Shown: in pieces, positions 23,518-35,364 of the stretch
Layout of the letters: every line of letters begins with the position of its first letter
How positions within the stretch are numbered: position 1 is the stretch's first letter
Assembly: GCF_001194135.2 (NCBI RefSeq)
Contig: NC_068986.1
Location: forward strand, 78,666,166 to 78,711,201
Length of the DNA stretch: 45,036 bases
Direction: 5' to 3'
Origin: Octopus bimaculoides
Lineage: Eukaryota
Notes under the pieces: generated by a model
Databases searched by the model: none
What the model was told of the DNA's origin: nothing
The model's input: only the letters and a program-made list of their open reading frames with translations
Position numbers and translations under genes: made by a program

Positions 23518-23715
23518 TGCTTGTCTACTCATTGCTCGACATGTCGGACTGATTTGTTTACGTCCCGTAACTTAGCAGTCCGACAATACAAACCAATAGA
23601 AATAAGTGCCACTTGGAAAATAAATAAGTACCGGCGTCGATTTACCGACTAAAGTCGCTAAGGACGGTGCTCCAGTATAGCCGCAGTCCAATGATTGAAA
23701 CAAGTAAAAATAAAC
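23281..23715 (+). mobile_element. Composite SINE family A with internal (TA)n(TG)n
   Basis: Same modular order as 18652-19105: GAAGAAGCTCGC...CACTGCGTGGCACTTTGAGCAAGTGTC...GGTAGACGGAAACTGAAAGAAACC, microsatellite, TTTACGTCCCGTAACTTAGC...GGTGCTCCAGTATAGCCGCAGTCCAATGATTGAAACAAGTAAAA. Confidence 0.85.
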
Positions 23716-23728
23716 TATAAAAGCAGTA

Positions 23729-25137
23729 TTAGGTTGTCAAATATGAAATTTGTTGAAAAGTGGCAGTGCTGTTCACGGGAAGGGGAGGTAAAAGAGAAAA
23801 AGTTTGCTAATGTTTTATAAATACAAGGAATAATTTTATTTATCAAATTATGCACCCATATTGTCAATACACTTTTGCCAATTCAACGGTAGCTTCTCCA
23901 GCCCGGAACTATAAAAGCTTGGCAATCTAGAGTCAATAAAATCTTGGAAGGCCTCTTTTACAGCATCGTCGGAATTAAATTTTTTCCTATCAAAAAGTTA
24001 TCCAAATTCTAGAAGAAGTGGTAGTCAGTGGAGGCGAGATCAGGTGAGTATGGTGGATGATGGCGAACTTCCAACTCCAATTAGTGTAGTTTCGCCAATG
24101 CCATTTTTTTCATGTGTGGTCTGGCGTTGTCTTGCAATAAAATAGGAGTGGATCTGTTGACTAATTTAGGCTGGTTTCTGCATCATTTGATCCAGTTGGC
24201 TGCAGTGTACTTCGGCCTTGATTGATGATCCAGGTTTAATGAAATCATAATGGATCACACCTCCGCCAGACCACCAAACACACACCATCAGGTTCTATTG
24301 ATGAATTTTGCTTTTTGGACTGTGTTTTGGTGGCTCGTCTTTATCCAACCATTGTACTGAAGGCTTACGGTTGTTGTACTGGATCCATTTCTCATCACGT
24401 TACAATTCGATTCAACAATGATTCATTCCGGTGACGAAAAAGTAGACTAATGCGGGCTTTCAAACGTTGCTCTCTTAACCGATTTGAACAAGGTGTGTCA
24501 ATATTGTTTCCTTGCAAACAACAACGATAATTCACGGGCACTTTGAGATGGATCTCACTCAACGGTGGCTTTCAGTTCGTCTTTATTTCTGGTCAACCGC
24601 ATTGCTCATTTGTGAGGTCAAAGTTACCAGAACGAAATTTTGCAAACCAATCTGATACTGTCTTCTGTGTAATAACATTAGAATGAAATACTCCATTAAT
24701 ATTCCGTGCTGTCTGTGATGCTGTATTTCCAAGAAAGAACTCATATTTTAAAACTGTACGAATTTCCGACTTACCCGTCTCTAAACAAAAATAGCAACAA
24801 AAAAAAAGAAAAAAAAAAAAAAAANNNNNNNNNNNNNNNNNNNNNNNNNNNNNNNNNNNNNNNNNNNNNNNNNNNNNNNNNNNNNNNNNNNNNNNNNNNN
24901 NNNNNNNNNNNNNNNNNNNNNNNNNNNNNNNNNNNNNNNNNNNNNNNNNNNNNNNNNNNNNNNNNNNNNNNNNNNNNNNNNNNNNNNNNNNNNNNNNNNN
25001 NNNATTAGAATAAAGAAATAGATGTGTCAGCTTTCTAACAAAAAAATAAAGATTGTCAAAATATAATAATGGAGCAAAATGAGCAGCGGTTAAATTTACC
25101 GTATACTTCAGTACAAATTTCATACATGACGATCTAA
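23729..25137 (-). mobile_element. Full-length decayed mariner transposon (D,D34D) with ~25-bp TIRs
   Basis: TA|TTAGGTTGTCAAATATGAAATTTGT at 23727-23753 and ACAAATTTCATACATGACGATCTAA|CA at 25113-25139 (4 mismatches in 25). TIR start resembles cecropia-type mariners. Confidence 0.93.
23836..24778 (-). pseudogene. Mariner transposase pseudogene
   Basis: KSEIRTVLKYEFFLGNTASQTARNING...VSDWFAKFRSGNFDLTNE (HTH); RIVT-DEKWIQYNNRK; MVCVWWSGGGVIHYDF; LLQDNARPH; HHPPYSPDLASTDYHFF with 34 codons between the 2nd and 3rd Asp; ends KLPLNWQKCIDNMGA*FDK*. Start codon decayed to ACG; stops and deletions present. Confidence 0.95.
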
Positions 25138-25922
25138 CATAGCGAATGCGATGGTGACGACATAGCTGAAAAAAAAGAAGAAATTGTGTAATGATGATGA
25201 TGATGATGATGACAACGACGACAAAGACGACGACGACGATGAGGATTTGGTGATGATGGTAAAGATAGTAATGTTAGTAACAGTCGTTAAAATTGGTTAA
25301 AATTCTGCCGCCGACGATGATACGACGACAAAAATGATTAGAATGATAGACAGGATAACATCATGGCATTTAATTTAGGAAATACAAATCGTTTTTAATG
25401 AAGTGTTTCCTGCAACGACCGCACATTCATTGTTCTTGCCGCAATCATATCTGCGTGAGAATAACCACGTGAAAGAATATCTAGATATTTTGATACATTA
25501 TAATTGATGTCAATTTAGCTCCCAACTGCTTCTCATCTTATTTTCCCTAATTATAATAATTAAAGAAAATACACATAAAGCATATAAAATTGAATGATAA
25601 TGTTTTTGTTTACGGTTGGATTGAAATGAAATATTTCTAAGGTTACAGCAGCAATTTTTGCTTAATTACTGTGTAATTGAAAACTACGAGGAACTACCTT
25701 AAGCTATCTCAAACAAATATGATTTAGATACATTTATCTGTTGTGTTTCTTTATTTCAAAGGTGAAATAACTAAAAGATAAAAAGAAGTAAAAGAAAAGA
25801 AGGCGTCGTTCTATTGAATACTGACGTTTCCTCTTCGACAAGTCTACTGGACTTTCGAAAGGCATCTTTCAAATGTAGCTAGCATCAGCAACTTTGCGCG
25901 TTTCAGTCATAGCTGTCGGGTG

Positions 25923-26155
25923 AATATGATGATGATGATGATGATGATGATGATGGCATCCACAACAACAGAGTCGGTGGCGGATGTTGACGCCAGTCAC
26001 GATGCTGCAGTAGCAGCAGCTGCTGCTGCTGCTGCTGATGATGATGATGATGATAACAATGGTGATGATGATGATAATGATGACGATGATGATGACGATG
26101 ATGATGTTGACGATGATGATGATGACGACGATGATGATGATGATGACAACGGTGA
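25923..26155. repeat. Compound (GAT)n/(GCA)n/(GAC)n trinucleotide repeat
   Basis: Directly visible; source of the poly-M/poly-A/poly-D ORF. Confidence 0.9.
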
Positions 26156-27259
26156 CGGCGTTGTCGGTGGCTGAAGTAATTTTTGAGTGAATAATGACAA
26201 ATTTAATTTACTTTGTAAATCGTAATCGGAAAACAAATCAAATCGAAATATAAAACTTTTTTTTTTTTACCGAAATCGAATTAAAAATTAAATTGCACCC
26301 GTACCTCCATAAACAGATATACAGACACAGTCACACGCATAAACTTCCTTTGACGCACAACATACGCACACAAACTCATTCACACATTCATAGAGGTATA
26401 CTCACACACACATTACTTTCCAAATCATTATTNNNNNNNNNNNNNNNNNNNNNNNNNNNNNNNNNNNNNNNNNNNNNNNNNNNNNNNNNNNNNNNNNNNN
26501 NNNNNNNNNNNNNNNNNNNNNNNNNNNNNNNNNNNNNNNNNNNNNNNNNNNNNNNNNNNNNNNNNNNNNNNNNNNNNNNNNNNNNNNNNNNNNNNNNNNN
26601 NNNNNNNNNNNNNNNNNNNNNNNNNNNNNNNNNNNNNNNNNNNNNNNNNNNNNNNNNNNNNNNNNNNNNNNNNNNNNNNNNNNNNNNNNNNNNNNNNNNN
26701 NNNNNNNNNNNNNNNNNNNNNNNNNNNNNNNNNNNNNNNNNNNNNNNNNNNNNNNNNNNNNNNNNNNNNNNNNNNNNNNNNNNNNNNNNNNNNNNNNNNN
26801 NNNNNNNNNNNNNNNNNNNNNNNNNATGTATTGCAAGAAACTGTTAGGTTTCTTTCTCTAACATTTTGCAGATTTCAACCTATGCAAGTTAATGCGGGGA
26901 AAAACATTAATAAATAATATTCTATAAAACTAGTTTTCAAATACTGAATGACTATGGAGATCCACCAGAATAAAATAGTAATCAAGGTGGGGGGGGGGGC
27001 ATGGATAAAAGAAATGGTTGAGAACCCTTGCTCTGTTGCGTTAAAACAGCTAACAGCCATATTGGATAGAATGAGTAGTCCTGGATGTGATTGATTTGAA
27101 GAAAAAAACAAGGCGGACACGGTTTGAATATTTTAGATTATAGTTTCTTTTATTAGGGCTGACTTGGAAGTAAACAATAGCCATAACGACAACGACAACA
27201 ACGACAACAACAACAACAACAACTGCGACAACGATATAATACTTGATGAGCCAATATGG

Positions 27260-27531
27260 AAACCTATAGGCGGTTGCTTGCCTAGTTAGAAATAGCTGTT
27301 AAATCTCTTTCAGATTGCAACCTTCTCCCTTTAAGAAAAGCGATATAATACCATCTACAATTTTCCTTCGACTTCACTTTACTTTTAGAAAAAGAATTCA
27401 GGTAGTCTCCCGGCACGGAGTACCGCCTTAAAAAAAGATAAAAGACAGAAAAAAAATGAAAGATCAGTGAACAAGGGAGTGACGCAACTGGAATGCCTTT
27501 CGGGGTGATCTAGGGGTTAAACAACAACAGT

Positions 27532-27565
<34 letters not shown>
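27260..27565 (+). mobile_element. Repeat family G copy ending in (CAA)n
   Basis: GCCTAGTTAGAAATAGCTGTTAAATCTCTTTCAGATTGCAACC is the reverse complement of the block at 43015-43065; ends GGAATGCCTTT...GGGGTTAAACAACAAC. Confidence 0.45.
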
Positions 27566-28968
27566 CTACATTACCATTTACACCAACAAAAGCAATATCA
27601 AGAGTAACGACAGCAAGGGTAGCAAAATGTAGTTTTTTTCCCCATGGCTAATTGGATTCCAGAACGAAAGAAAAGCGGTCCATCTCAAGTAAAATATTTT
27701 CAGTGGTAAATGTTTGATCTGCTCTGAACGTGTCTTTTAAGCCCTGAGCTACTTTCACAGGCTAATAATAAGTTTATTGAACATAAGTATATTACTTACG
27801 TATACAATTTCATACAGTGTTTGATGCCCCAGTTGTCAATCTTGAACTATTGTATAAATTTCGCTATTTGTATCTTAGTTCTATCGAAGATGGTTTTAAT
27901 TAAATACTCTTTATGTTAAATTTCGTCAAGTTTGTTAAAATATTATTTACCTTTCGCTGCTTACTTTCGGTAACTTGTAAGATAGAAGGAAGATTTAATT
28001 TAGGTGATAAACTTAATTAAGATGATAGACTTAATTGAGTGTTAATGTTAATTTGAATGGTAAACTTCTTTTGGCACTTTGGGTGCCTTGAACAGAGATT
28101 GCTCTGTTGCAAGATTTTTGACAAAGTCTCCGGTTTAAGGAAAACTTACTACATTTATCTTAAAGGTTATGAAATTGTCTAAAAAAATAAAGGGTGATGA
28201 CTTTTTGCTTTTCTTCTGATTAAGCGGTAAAAGGAAGTAGTTCTTGGTGACATTTTTAAGAAATATTAAAGTTCTTCATTTCAAATTACCGAAAATTCTG
28301 TAGTTTAAACATGGAACCTGGATAAACAGTGATATTAAGTGAATGGTTATTACACTAATCGATTTGACGCCATATATGTTTTGCTCCATGGTATTTGCAA
28401 CATGATTCTGAAAATATTGATGAATCTTGTGCCATTATGCAAAGCCTCAATACTTTGAATGTTGCAGAGAATGAGATATGTGAGATATTGTGACATTTAC
28501 ATTTTCCCCCAAAACAAAAACATAAAAAAAACTGTGATGGAAAACATCAACTAATAATCGAAACCGGATCTTATCTCGACTTTGTAGGCGTTCACTTCTT
28601 GTTTAGCAGTACTTGTCATATGATTCCAAAGTATATTGACTTTCCTATATTTGAGCATTAGTCTCTATAACTAGAAAATGTTATGTTGTATTGTTGATAC
28701 TTTTCCTAAGGGTATTTGGAGCGGGGATAGTTTTAACCTGGAATCAAAGCCGAGTGCGGATATTGTTCAAAACTATATCTCTTGCTCCGTAGCATTCTCT
28801 TTTGTGAAGAGAATATTCACTTAGGTTGAAAGCTAAGACTACATAAGAACGAAATTTTACTTTCCGACACTGTACTATATATGTGTTAACATATTGATGA
28901 CTGTGTTACAATATACCTCCTAGTGCACACATTTGTGTGCATGTGTGTATTGTGTGCATGTATGTATG

Positions 28969-29285
28969 AAGGCACATGCCTCAGTGGTTAGAGTGTCGAG
29001 TTCGATTCCCAGACCGGGCTGTAAGTTGTGTTCTTGAGCAAGACGCTTTGTTTCACGTTGTTTCAGTTCACTCAGCTGTAGAAATGAGTTGCGACGTCAC
29101 TGGTGCGAAGCTGTATCGGCCATTGCCTTTCCCTTGGATGACATTGGTAGTTTGGAGAGGGGAGACTGGTATGCATGGGCGACTGCTGGTCTTCCATAAA
29201 CAACATTGCTCGGACTTGTACCTCGGAGGGTAATATCCTGGGTGCAATCCCATGGTCATTTGTTACCGATGGGTGTATTTACCCT
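28969..29285 (+). mobile_element. tRNA-head, CORE-like SINE (family F) with the anticodon arm deleted
   Basis: A box GCCTCAGTGGTTAG, B box GAGTTCGATTCCC, centre GTGTTCTTGAGCAAGACGCTTTGTTTCAC...CAGTTCACTCAGCTGTAGAAATGAG, distinct tail shared with 245-416; flanked by (TATG)n. Confidence 0.8.
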
Positions 29286-29309
29286 ATGTATGTATGTATG
29301 TATGTATGT

Positions 29310-30182
29310 CATTAATCAGTTTTATTTCAAGATATCTTTTCAGTAAAGAAGGAACCGGTTTGTAACCTAGATCCAAGGCTCCCTTATTGGAATTTCAACA
29401 TTAACAACAGGGTATTTCTGCATGCATGTATGTATGTGTGTATGTATGTATGCATACATGCAGATTTGTATGTTTTGTTTTATTCATGTCTTCTCATGCA
29501 TATACTTGCATATCTAGACATGTTCACATATACTCAAATGATAAACTTTTGGAAAGTTTTGCAGATTTTTACAGTTCCAGTGATGGATTGAATTTGTAGT
29601 CTTGGGAATCAGCTTTCTCCTTTCTGGCTTTGAGAAGCCTAATTTCTCCAGATTGGTATTTAGGCAGTGTGTTATATACCCCAGTGCCCTAATAATTACA
29701 GGTATAAACCTGAGTTTGTAATCTGGATAGAGTAACTGCAGTATAGGTGTTCTCTTTTTCACTGATCTTCAGCTTTTATGTTAACATCCACTGAGCAGCT
29801 AATTTCCACAACTGTACACAGTTTATCTCCTCTATCCTAAATCATTATATCAGTCTGTTCTGCTTACATTTTATTAAGGTTTTCACTGAGACAATCCACC
29901 AGTACTCCTTTTTGTTATGAGTGGCTATGGCTTCTACCGTACTGCGGGTTCTTATTTCTTTGTCCTCGGAGTTATCCTTCCGACAGATGTCCTTATAGAT
30001 AAAACCGTGATGACATTTTCGGACCGTTGCTTATCATGTGGATGATATCTTCGGTGTTAACTCCGCAAAGTCTGCATCGGTTGTCACATTTTACTGCTTT
30101 TCCTTCATCCCTGTCCCTTTTGTGCATCAGGTATTTAGTTGATATTTCCTGTTCCTCGATTGCAAATGCACACCCTTCAAAG
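29310..30182 (-). mobile_element. 5'-truncated R4/Dong-like non-LTR retrotransposon with 3' UTR
   Basis: Coding remnant 29534-30182 plus about 220 nt of 3' UTR; both ends abut (CATA)n-like tracts. Confidence 0.85.
29534..30182 (-). pseudogene. C-terminal zinc knuckle and restriction-like endonuclease (RLE) of an R4/Dong-type ORF
   Basis: FAIEEQEISTKY...DNRCRLCGVNTEDIIHMISNGPKM (decayed CCHC); DIMI*DRGDKLCTVVEISCSVDVNI-KLKISEKENTY (PD-(D/E)xK-type RLE); LQLLYPDYKLRFIPVIIRALG; QSITGTVKICKTFQKFII*. The RHD segment appears deleted. Confidence 0.88.
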
Positions 30183-30204
30183 TGTGTGTATGTATGCATA
30201 TATG

Positions 30205-30300
30205 TATATCTCCTATTTTTTAATTATTATAAATCTTCCACTGAGGAGGGAGCCGGTTTCCAACAAAGGTACAAGGCTCCATCTTTGGGATGTAGTTAAC
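30205..30300 (-). mobile_element. Second, diverged 3' UTR fragment of a Dong-like element
   Basis: GAGCCGGTTTCCAACAAAGGTACAAGGCTCCATCTTTGGGATGT resembles GAACCGGTTTGTAACCTAGATCCAAGGCTCCCTTATTGGAATTT at 29350-29397. Confidence 0.5.
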
Positions 30301-31412
30301 ACAGACAAATTCACATTTGGAAGTATGTAAGTATGTACATACGCACGTACTTGTACATATATGCTTGATTATGTATAAATGTACGAGTGGGTGTATGTGT
30401 TTGTCTACGTTTGAGAACATTTTAATACAAATACGGTGATAGATTTATGATTGGATTTTCTCTGCTCGGGCAAGTTTGTTTTGTCATTTGGAAAAAATAT
30501 CAGTTCCAGGCTTCTGATTAACTAAGTAAACACATAGTTTACGTCTTGATTATATAAAGACCAACTACGGATGATAAGCTACAAAATTCTTATAATCTCC
30601 CGATTTCCTATGATTCAGACCGTCTCATGGTCCCATCAGGCATTTTGAAATAAAACGACCCGTTTATAGTTTTCCTATGCTTATTTTCCTTCTCCAAGAA
30701 GGATATACTTCTGAAGCACAATTCCCAGTTTTTCATCCTTTAGTTCATATTTCTCTGGTGATATTGAACATGTAATAGAAATTCATTAATATCTTTTTTG
30801 ATCAATGTTTATTTTTTTATTTTCTCTCTTTTGATTGTTTCTTTTTTTTTTTCTGACACTGCTCTTATTATTGTATCTTGGATACATGTTATCGAACTGT
30901 ATATAATCCGTTTATTTGAAGTAGGCTGTAATTAGTAACTTAAGCAAACTGAAACACCTGTCAACCGTGTCAACGCATTGTACTAATATTATTGGACACT
31001 AATCATAGCAAAGAAGTTGCGGAGTTACGTGGGTTGCTGTTCGATGGATGCTGGATACAAACTAAATATAGAAAGGTATTATGTATATATGAATGTATGT
31101 TTTAAATAGGCCCCCCCACACACACACAAATACATACACATATATGTAATATCTCTCTCTCTCTCTCTCTGTATATATATATATATATACATATTCATCT
31201 ATCTATCTCACTCTGTCAATATACACACATATATCTACACACACACATATGTACATATACATATGTATGTATGTATATACATGATCATATGATGCAGATG
31301 AACACACACGAAATCATATAGATGCAGAGACAAGTTGTTATAAAATTAGAGTGGGTAGATGGCAGATATAAAGTTTAATAAATTAGGAGGAAGAGAGAAA
31401 GAAAGAAAGAGT

Positions 31413-31414
<2 letters not shown>

Positions 31415-31477
<63 letters not shown>
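31415..31477. repeat. (GA)n microsatellite
   Basis: Directly visible. Confidence 0.97.
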
Positions 31478-31478
<1 letters not shown>

Positions 31479-32123
31479 AAAACTTATAAGAAAGATACAA
31501 AAAAGATAAGTGAAGACTCAGAGGAAAAGTAAGAGAGCAACAAAGGAAATCAGAGACAGGGAAAAAAATATTCTGTATCTTCCAAAACTTATAAACATAA
31601 ATGCTGGAAATATTTGTATATACGTATATGAGAGAGAGAGAGTGTGGTAGAGAAGGAGAGAGGAGGGAGGGAGATAGAGAAAGAGACGGGTAATATAATT
31701 GTAGAAAATGTGAAGGAAGAGAAAGAAACTAAGATCTTTGAGTTTGTATTTATGCTTATATCAGTTAAAAAAGGTGGGATGCTTATGTTGCGTTTCTTAG
31801 TGTTATGCAACATCAGTTAAATAGAGACAAAAAACGTGTACCAAACTGGATTAAGTATTGGAGTCGGTATGATCGACTAAAACTTGAAGAACCAGTAAAA
31901 ACATACAAGTTCATAGCAGGAGTTATTTAGAGCTTTTGAGAGGAAGAAAAGGATGAAGGGAAAGGAAAAGCAAAAGAGAAGGCGAAGCGTGAAATAAGAA
32001 AGAAGAAAAATAATCGCTCTTTGTAATGTGGTAGATTAACAATTAGATAGGAAACAAATTACATTTCGAGACGAGAGAAAAAGAAAGAGGGAGATAGATA
32101 GATAGAGAGAGAGAAAAAGATAG

Positions 32124-32194
<71 letters not shown>

Positions 32195-33444
32195 AAAGTA
32201 GAAAAGATTGATTTGTTTTCTCGTTATGTAGAAGCAATGTGTATCTACTAAACGATAATTTCGTAATTAGGAACTAAATTGTAAAATTCTTCAGATATAG
32301 TCATGGGAAATTATAGAGTTTGCCTTCTCAAAATGTAACCGTGTTTCGTAGTTGGTGTGCAAGGTTCTGCAACATGAAATACAACACCGTATCCACGTCA
32401 TCACTTAAATGCATCTCACTCTCCTATCAGAGACTTTCCTTCTCAAAGAACACAGGAAACTCTTTGCTGTTGCAGTATTTTGAAGAAAAAGGGATCGATA
32501 AAGTATAGATATCTGTGTCAGTGTTTGAGGGGTTCTTATTTCATGACTGGTATTGTAATATTCCGCTGAAAATTCTTTAGTATGAGCGAAAGAAATTTAG
32601 CTTAACTGTTACAACTCGACAACCTGAAATTCGAAACAGGGTCATTAATTCGATTCTCTGCTAACTTATCTCTACTACATGTATTTACTTGCAATAACAC
32701 TTTTGTTTGTGACCATAAATAGATGATGAAAGTCATGTTGTATTGCAATCCTAATGATATTATAGGGGTAAGTGATGTGAAGAAGCTTCAATCAAGAAAA
32801 TAAATGACATGTTAACTCGCATCACGAACAACGTATTTCATGGTTCACAGCTTTTTCTGTCAGTAGCGGCTCCCTTGATTGGTCACAAATGTCTTATATT
32901 TCAAAAGAGAAAGTGAAAATAGATATCGTAACATTTAGGCGTTTCTTAGAGTTATTTGCAACGTGATGTGTACTTGTATATATTATACGCTGTCAGAGAT
33001 GTACTTTTAATTTTGACCTTACCAATGATCCTATACAATTATATCAAACCTCAAACTCGCATTTTGCTTTTAAAAGCAAAAATATAAATTACGTTTAATG
33101 CTTTGAAAGGAAATTAAAAAGATGTAAAAGAATGTAAACTTTTTCAAGGGACTTTCTTTAAAAATATATTAAATGTGTATGCTCTTTTACCTTCGTTACT
33201 CTTTGATGGAAATTCCAAAATTTCAAATCTGCCTCAACTTAATCTGGAAGTGATAGCCACCAGAGGCACATCACGTGTTCAAATCAAAACATTATTTTAA
33301 AACGAAGTCAGTAAATCGATGTCCCAGTAAATCGAATTTTACTTTTTGTTGTCTCCAAATACAAAGGATATTTTGATAACGACGATTTGACTGCTTGACT
33401 TACTGTTGAAGTTTTCATCCTCAGTTATGTCTTTCTTTTTCATA

Positions 33445-33562
33445 TTTTACTTGTTTTATTCATTGGACTGCAGCCATACTGGAGCACTGCCTTGAAGAAA
33501 TTGACCTCAGTACTTATTTTTCAAGTCTGTTACTAGACAAACCAACACAAGTTGTCAAGCGC
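33445..33562 (-). mobile_element. Internally deleted 3' module of composite SINE family A
   Basis: TTACTTGTTT..TTCATTGGACTGCAGCCATACTGGAGCACTGCC...AGTACTTATTTTT...GTTGTCAAGCG. Confidence 0.7.
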
Positions 33563-33577
33563 TCTCACAGCATACAT

Positions 33578-33631
33578 AAGAAGAAAAAGAAGAAGAAGAA
33601 GAAGAAGAAGAAGAAGAAGAAGAAGAAGAAG

Positions 33632-33669
<38 letters not shown>

Positions 33670-33670
33670 C
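33578..33670. repeat. (AAG)n(AAC)n microsatellite abutting the HHR-bearing element
   Basis: Directly visible. Confidence 0.97.
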
Positions 33671-33835
33671 TTCGAAAAATACTTTAGGAATGAGAATCTA
33701 GGTTCAAAATTTCTCCAATACACCTAATGAAGGCTGGAGGGTATATCAGCCGAAACAAGATGAGGACAAATATCCGTCAAATGTAAGTAATGTAAATAAT
33801 GTAAATAATTCCTCATCTCTTAAATATGGCACTGT
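33671..33835 (+). mobile_element. HHR-bearing repeat copy 2 with inactivated ribozyme
   Basis: Homologous to 4376-4500; core reads CTAATGA (G5 to A), perfect stem II GGCTG/CAGCC, and a 15-nt deletion between two AAAC repeats removes stem III and the cleavage site. Confidence 0.8.
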
Positions 33836-34100
33836 AAAACCATTTATTATTCATAGATATGTATCTGATTTTCTACTACTGCATATGTAGATTCTTTTTT
33901 CTGAAAAACTGTTGTGTCTCGAAGAAGTTCGTTTTGCAAACACGTTCCGGGTTTCGTTCCACTGTTTAGTGTAGTACATTTAGACTACATATTCTCCTTA
34001 AACTTCGGGTTGTTCAATAACTTGTCAGTGGGATTTTTTAACACATACAGATAAACATATAGTTATATACATGTATACTTATATGTGTATACATATATGC

Positions 34101-34132
<32 letters not shown>

Positions 34133-34962
34133 TTATTAATATTTCTAAGTCTCTCTAAAGGAGACTACGGCAGCGGTACTGGAAATTAATAGTTATCGCC
34201 AAGCCAACANNNNNNNNNNNNNNNNNNNNNNNNNNNNNNNNNNNNNNNNNNNNNNNNNNNNNNNNNNNNNNNNNNNNNNNNNNNNNNNNNNNNNNNNNNN
34301 NNNNNNNNNNNNNNNNNNNNNNNNNNNNNNNNNNNNNNNNNNNNNNNNNNNNNNNNNNNNNNNNNNNNNNNNNNNNNNNNNNNNNNNNNNNNNNNNNNNN
34401 NNNNNNNNNNNNNNNNNNNNNNNNNNNNNNNNNNNNNNNNNNNNNNNNNNNNNNNNNNNNNNNNNNNNNNNNNNNNNNNNNNNNNNNNNNNNNNNNNNNN
34501 NNNNNNNNNNNNNNNNNNNNNNNNNNNNNNNNNNNNNNNNNNNNNNNNNNNNNNNNNNNNNNNNNNNNNNNNNNNNNNNNNNNNNNNNNNNNNNNNNNNN
34601 NNNNNNNNNNNNNNNNNNNNNNNNNNNNNATATATATATATATATATACATACATATATATGTGTATATATTTATATACATGTGCAAATTCACACGTATA
34701 TACATTTACACAAACGTGTGCTTATGTTTGTGTGTGTATGTGAGAGAGATAATTTATTTCCCACAACAAAGCCGAACAAAGCAACATTGTGAAATGATTA
34801 CTCCGTATCGTGTTACACAGAATGCCTTGCCACTCTCATCCTTTGAACTACAATAAACCAATGGTTGGTCTATTAGAAACTAACCGACGACACTATTGTT
34901 CACTAGTTTTGGCTTGAGATATACATTATATATAATAAATCCGTTTTTAATATCATCTTGTG

Positions 34963-35255
34963 TCTTTTGCCTATTCCATTCATTGGAACGGGGCTATGCT
35001 GGGGCACGACCTTTAAGGGTTTAGTGGAAAACATCGGCTCCAGTACTTACGTTTTTAAGCTCTGGCACTTATTCACCCGGTCTCTTTTGCTGTATCACTA
35101 AACAAACCAACACAGTTCGTAAACAATTCAATACAGATTGTCAAGCGATATGGGGACAAACACACACAAAGACTTACACATACGCATATATACATATATA
35201 GTCTTTTATTCTTTTATTCGTTCCAGTCATGCTGCTGCGGCCATGCTAGAGCACC
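34963..35255 (-). mobile_element. 3' module of composite SINE family A plus a second terminal fragment (35202-35255)
   Basis: CATTGGAACGGGGCTATGCTGGGGCACGACC...CCAGTACTTAC...GGTCTCTTTTGC...GATTGTCAAGCGATATGGGGACAAAC. Confidence 0.7.
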
Positions 35256-35283
35256 ACTGTGGTAATACCCGTTACATACACAG

Positions 35284-35357
<74 letters not shown>

Positions 35358-35364
35358 TTCTATA

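Noticed and set aside
25920-26236. Poly-M/poly-A/poly-D ORF and its antisense poly-S ORF
   Set aside because: Entirely trinucleotide repeat; similar tracts at 22960-23220 and 25190-25340; no splice or domain support.
32320-32510. 62-aa ORF and a stop-interrupted minus frame with faint hAT-like look
   Set aside because: Similarity too weak to support.
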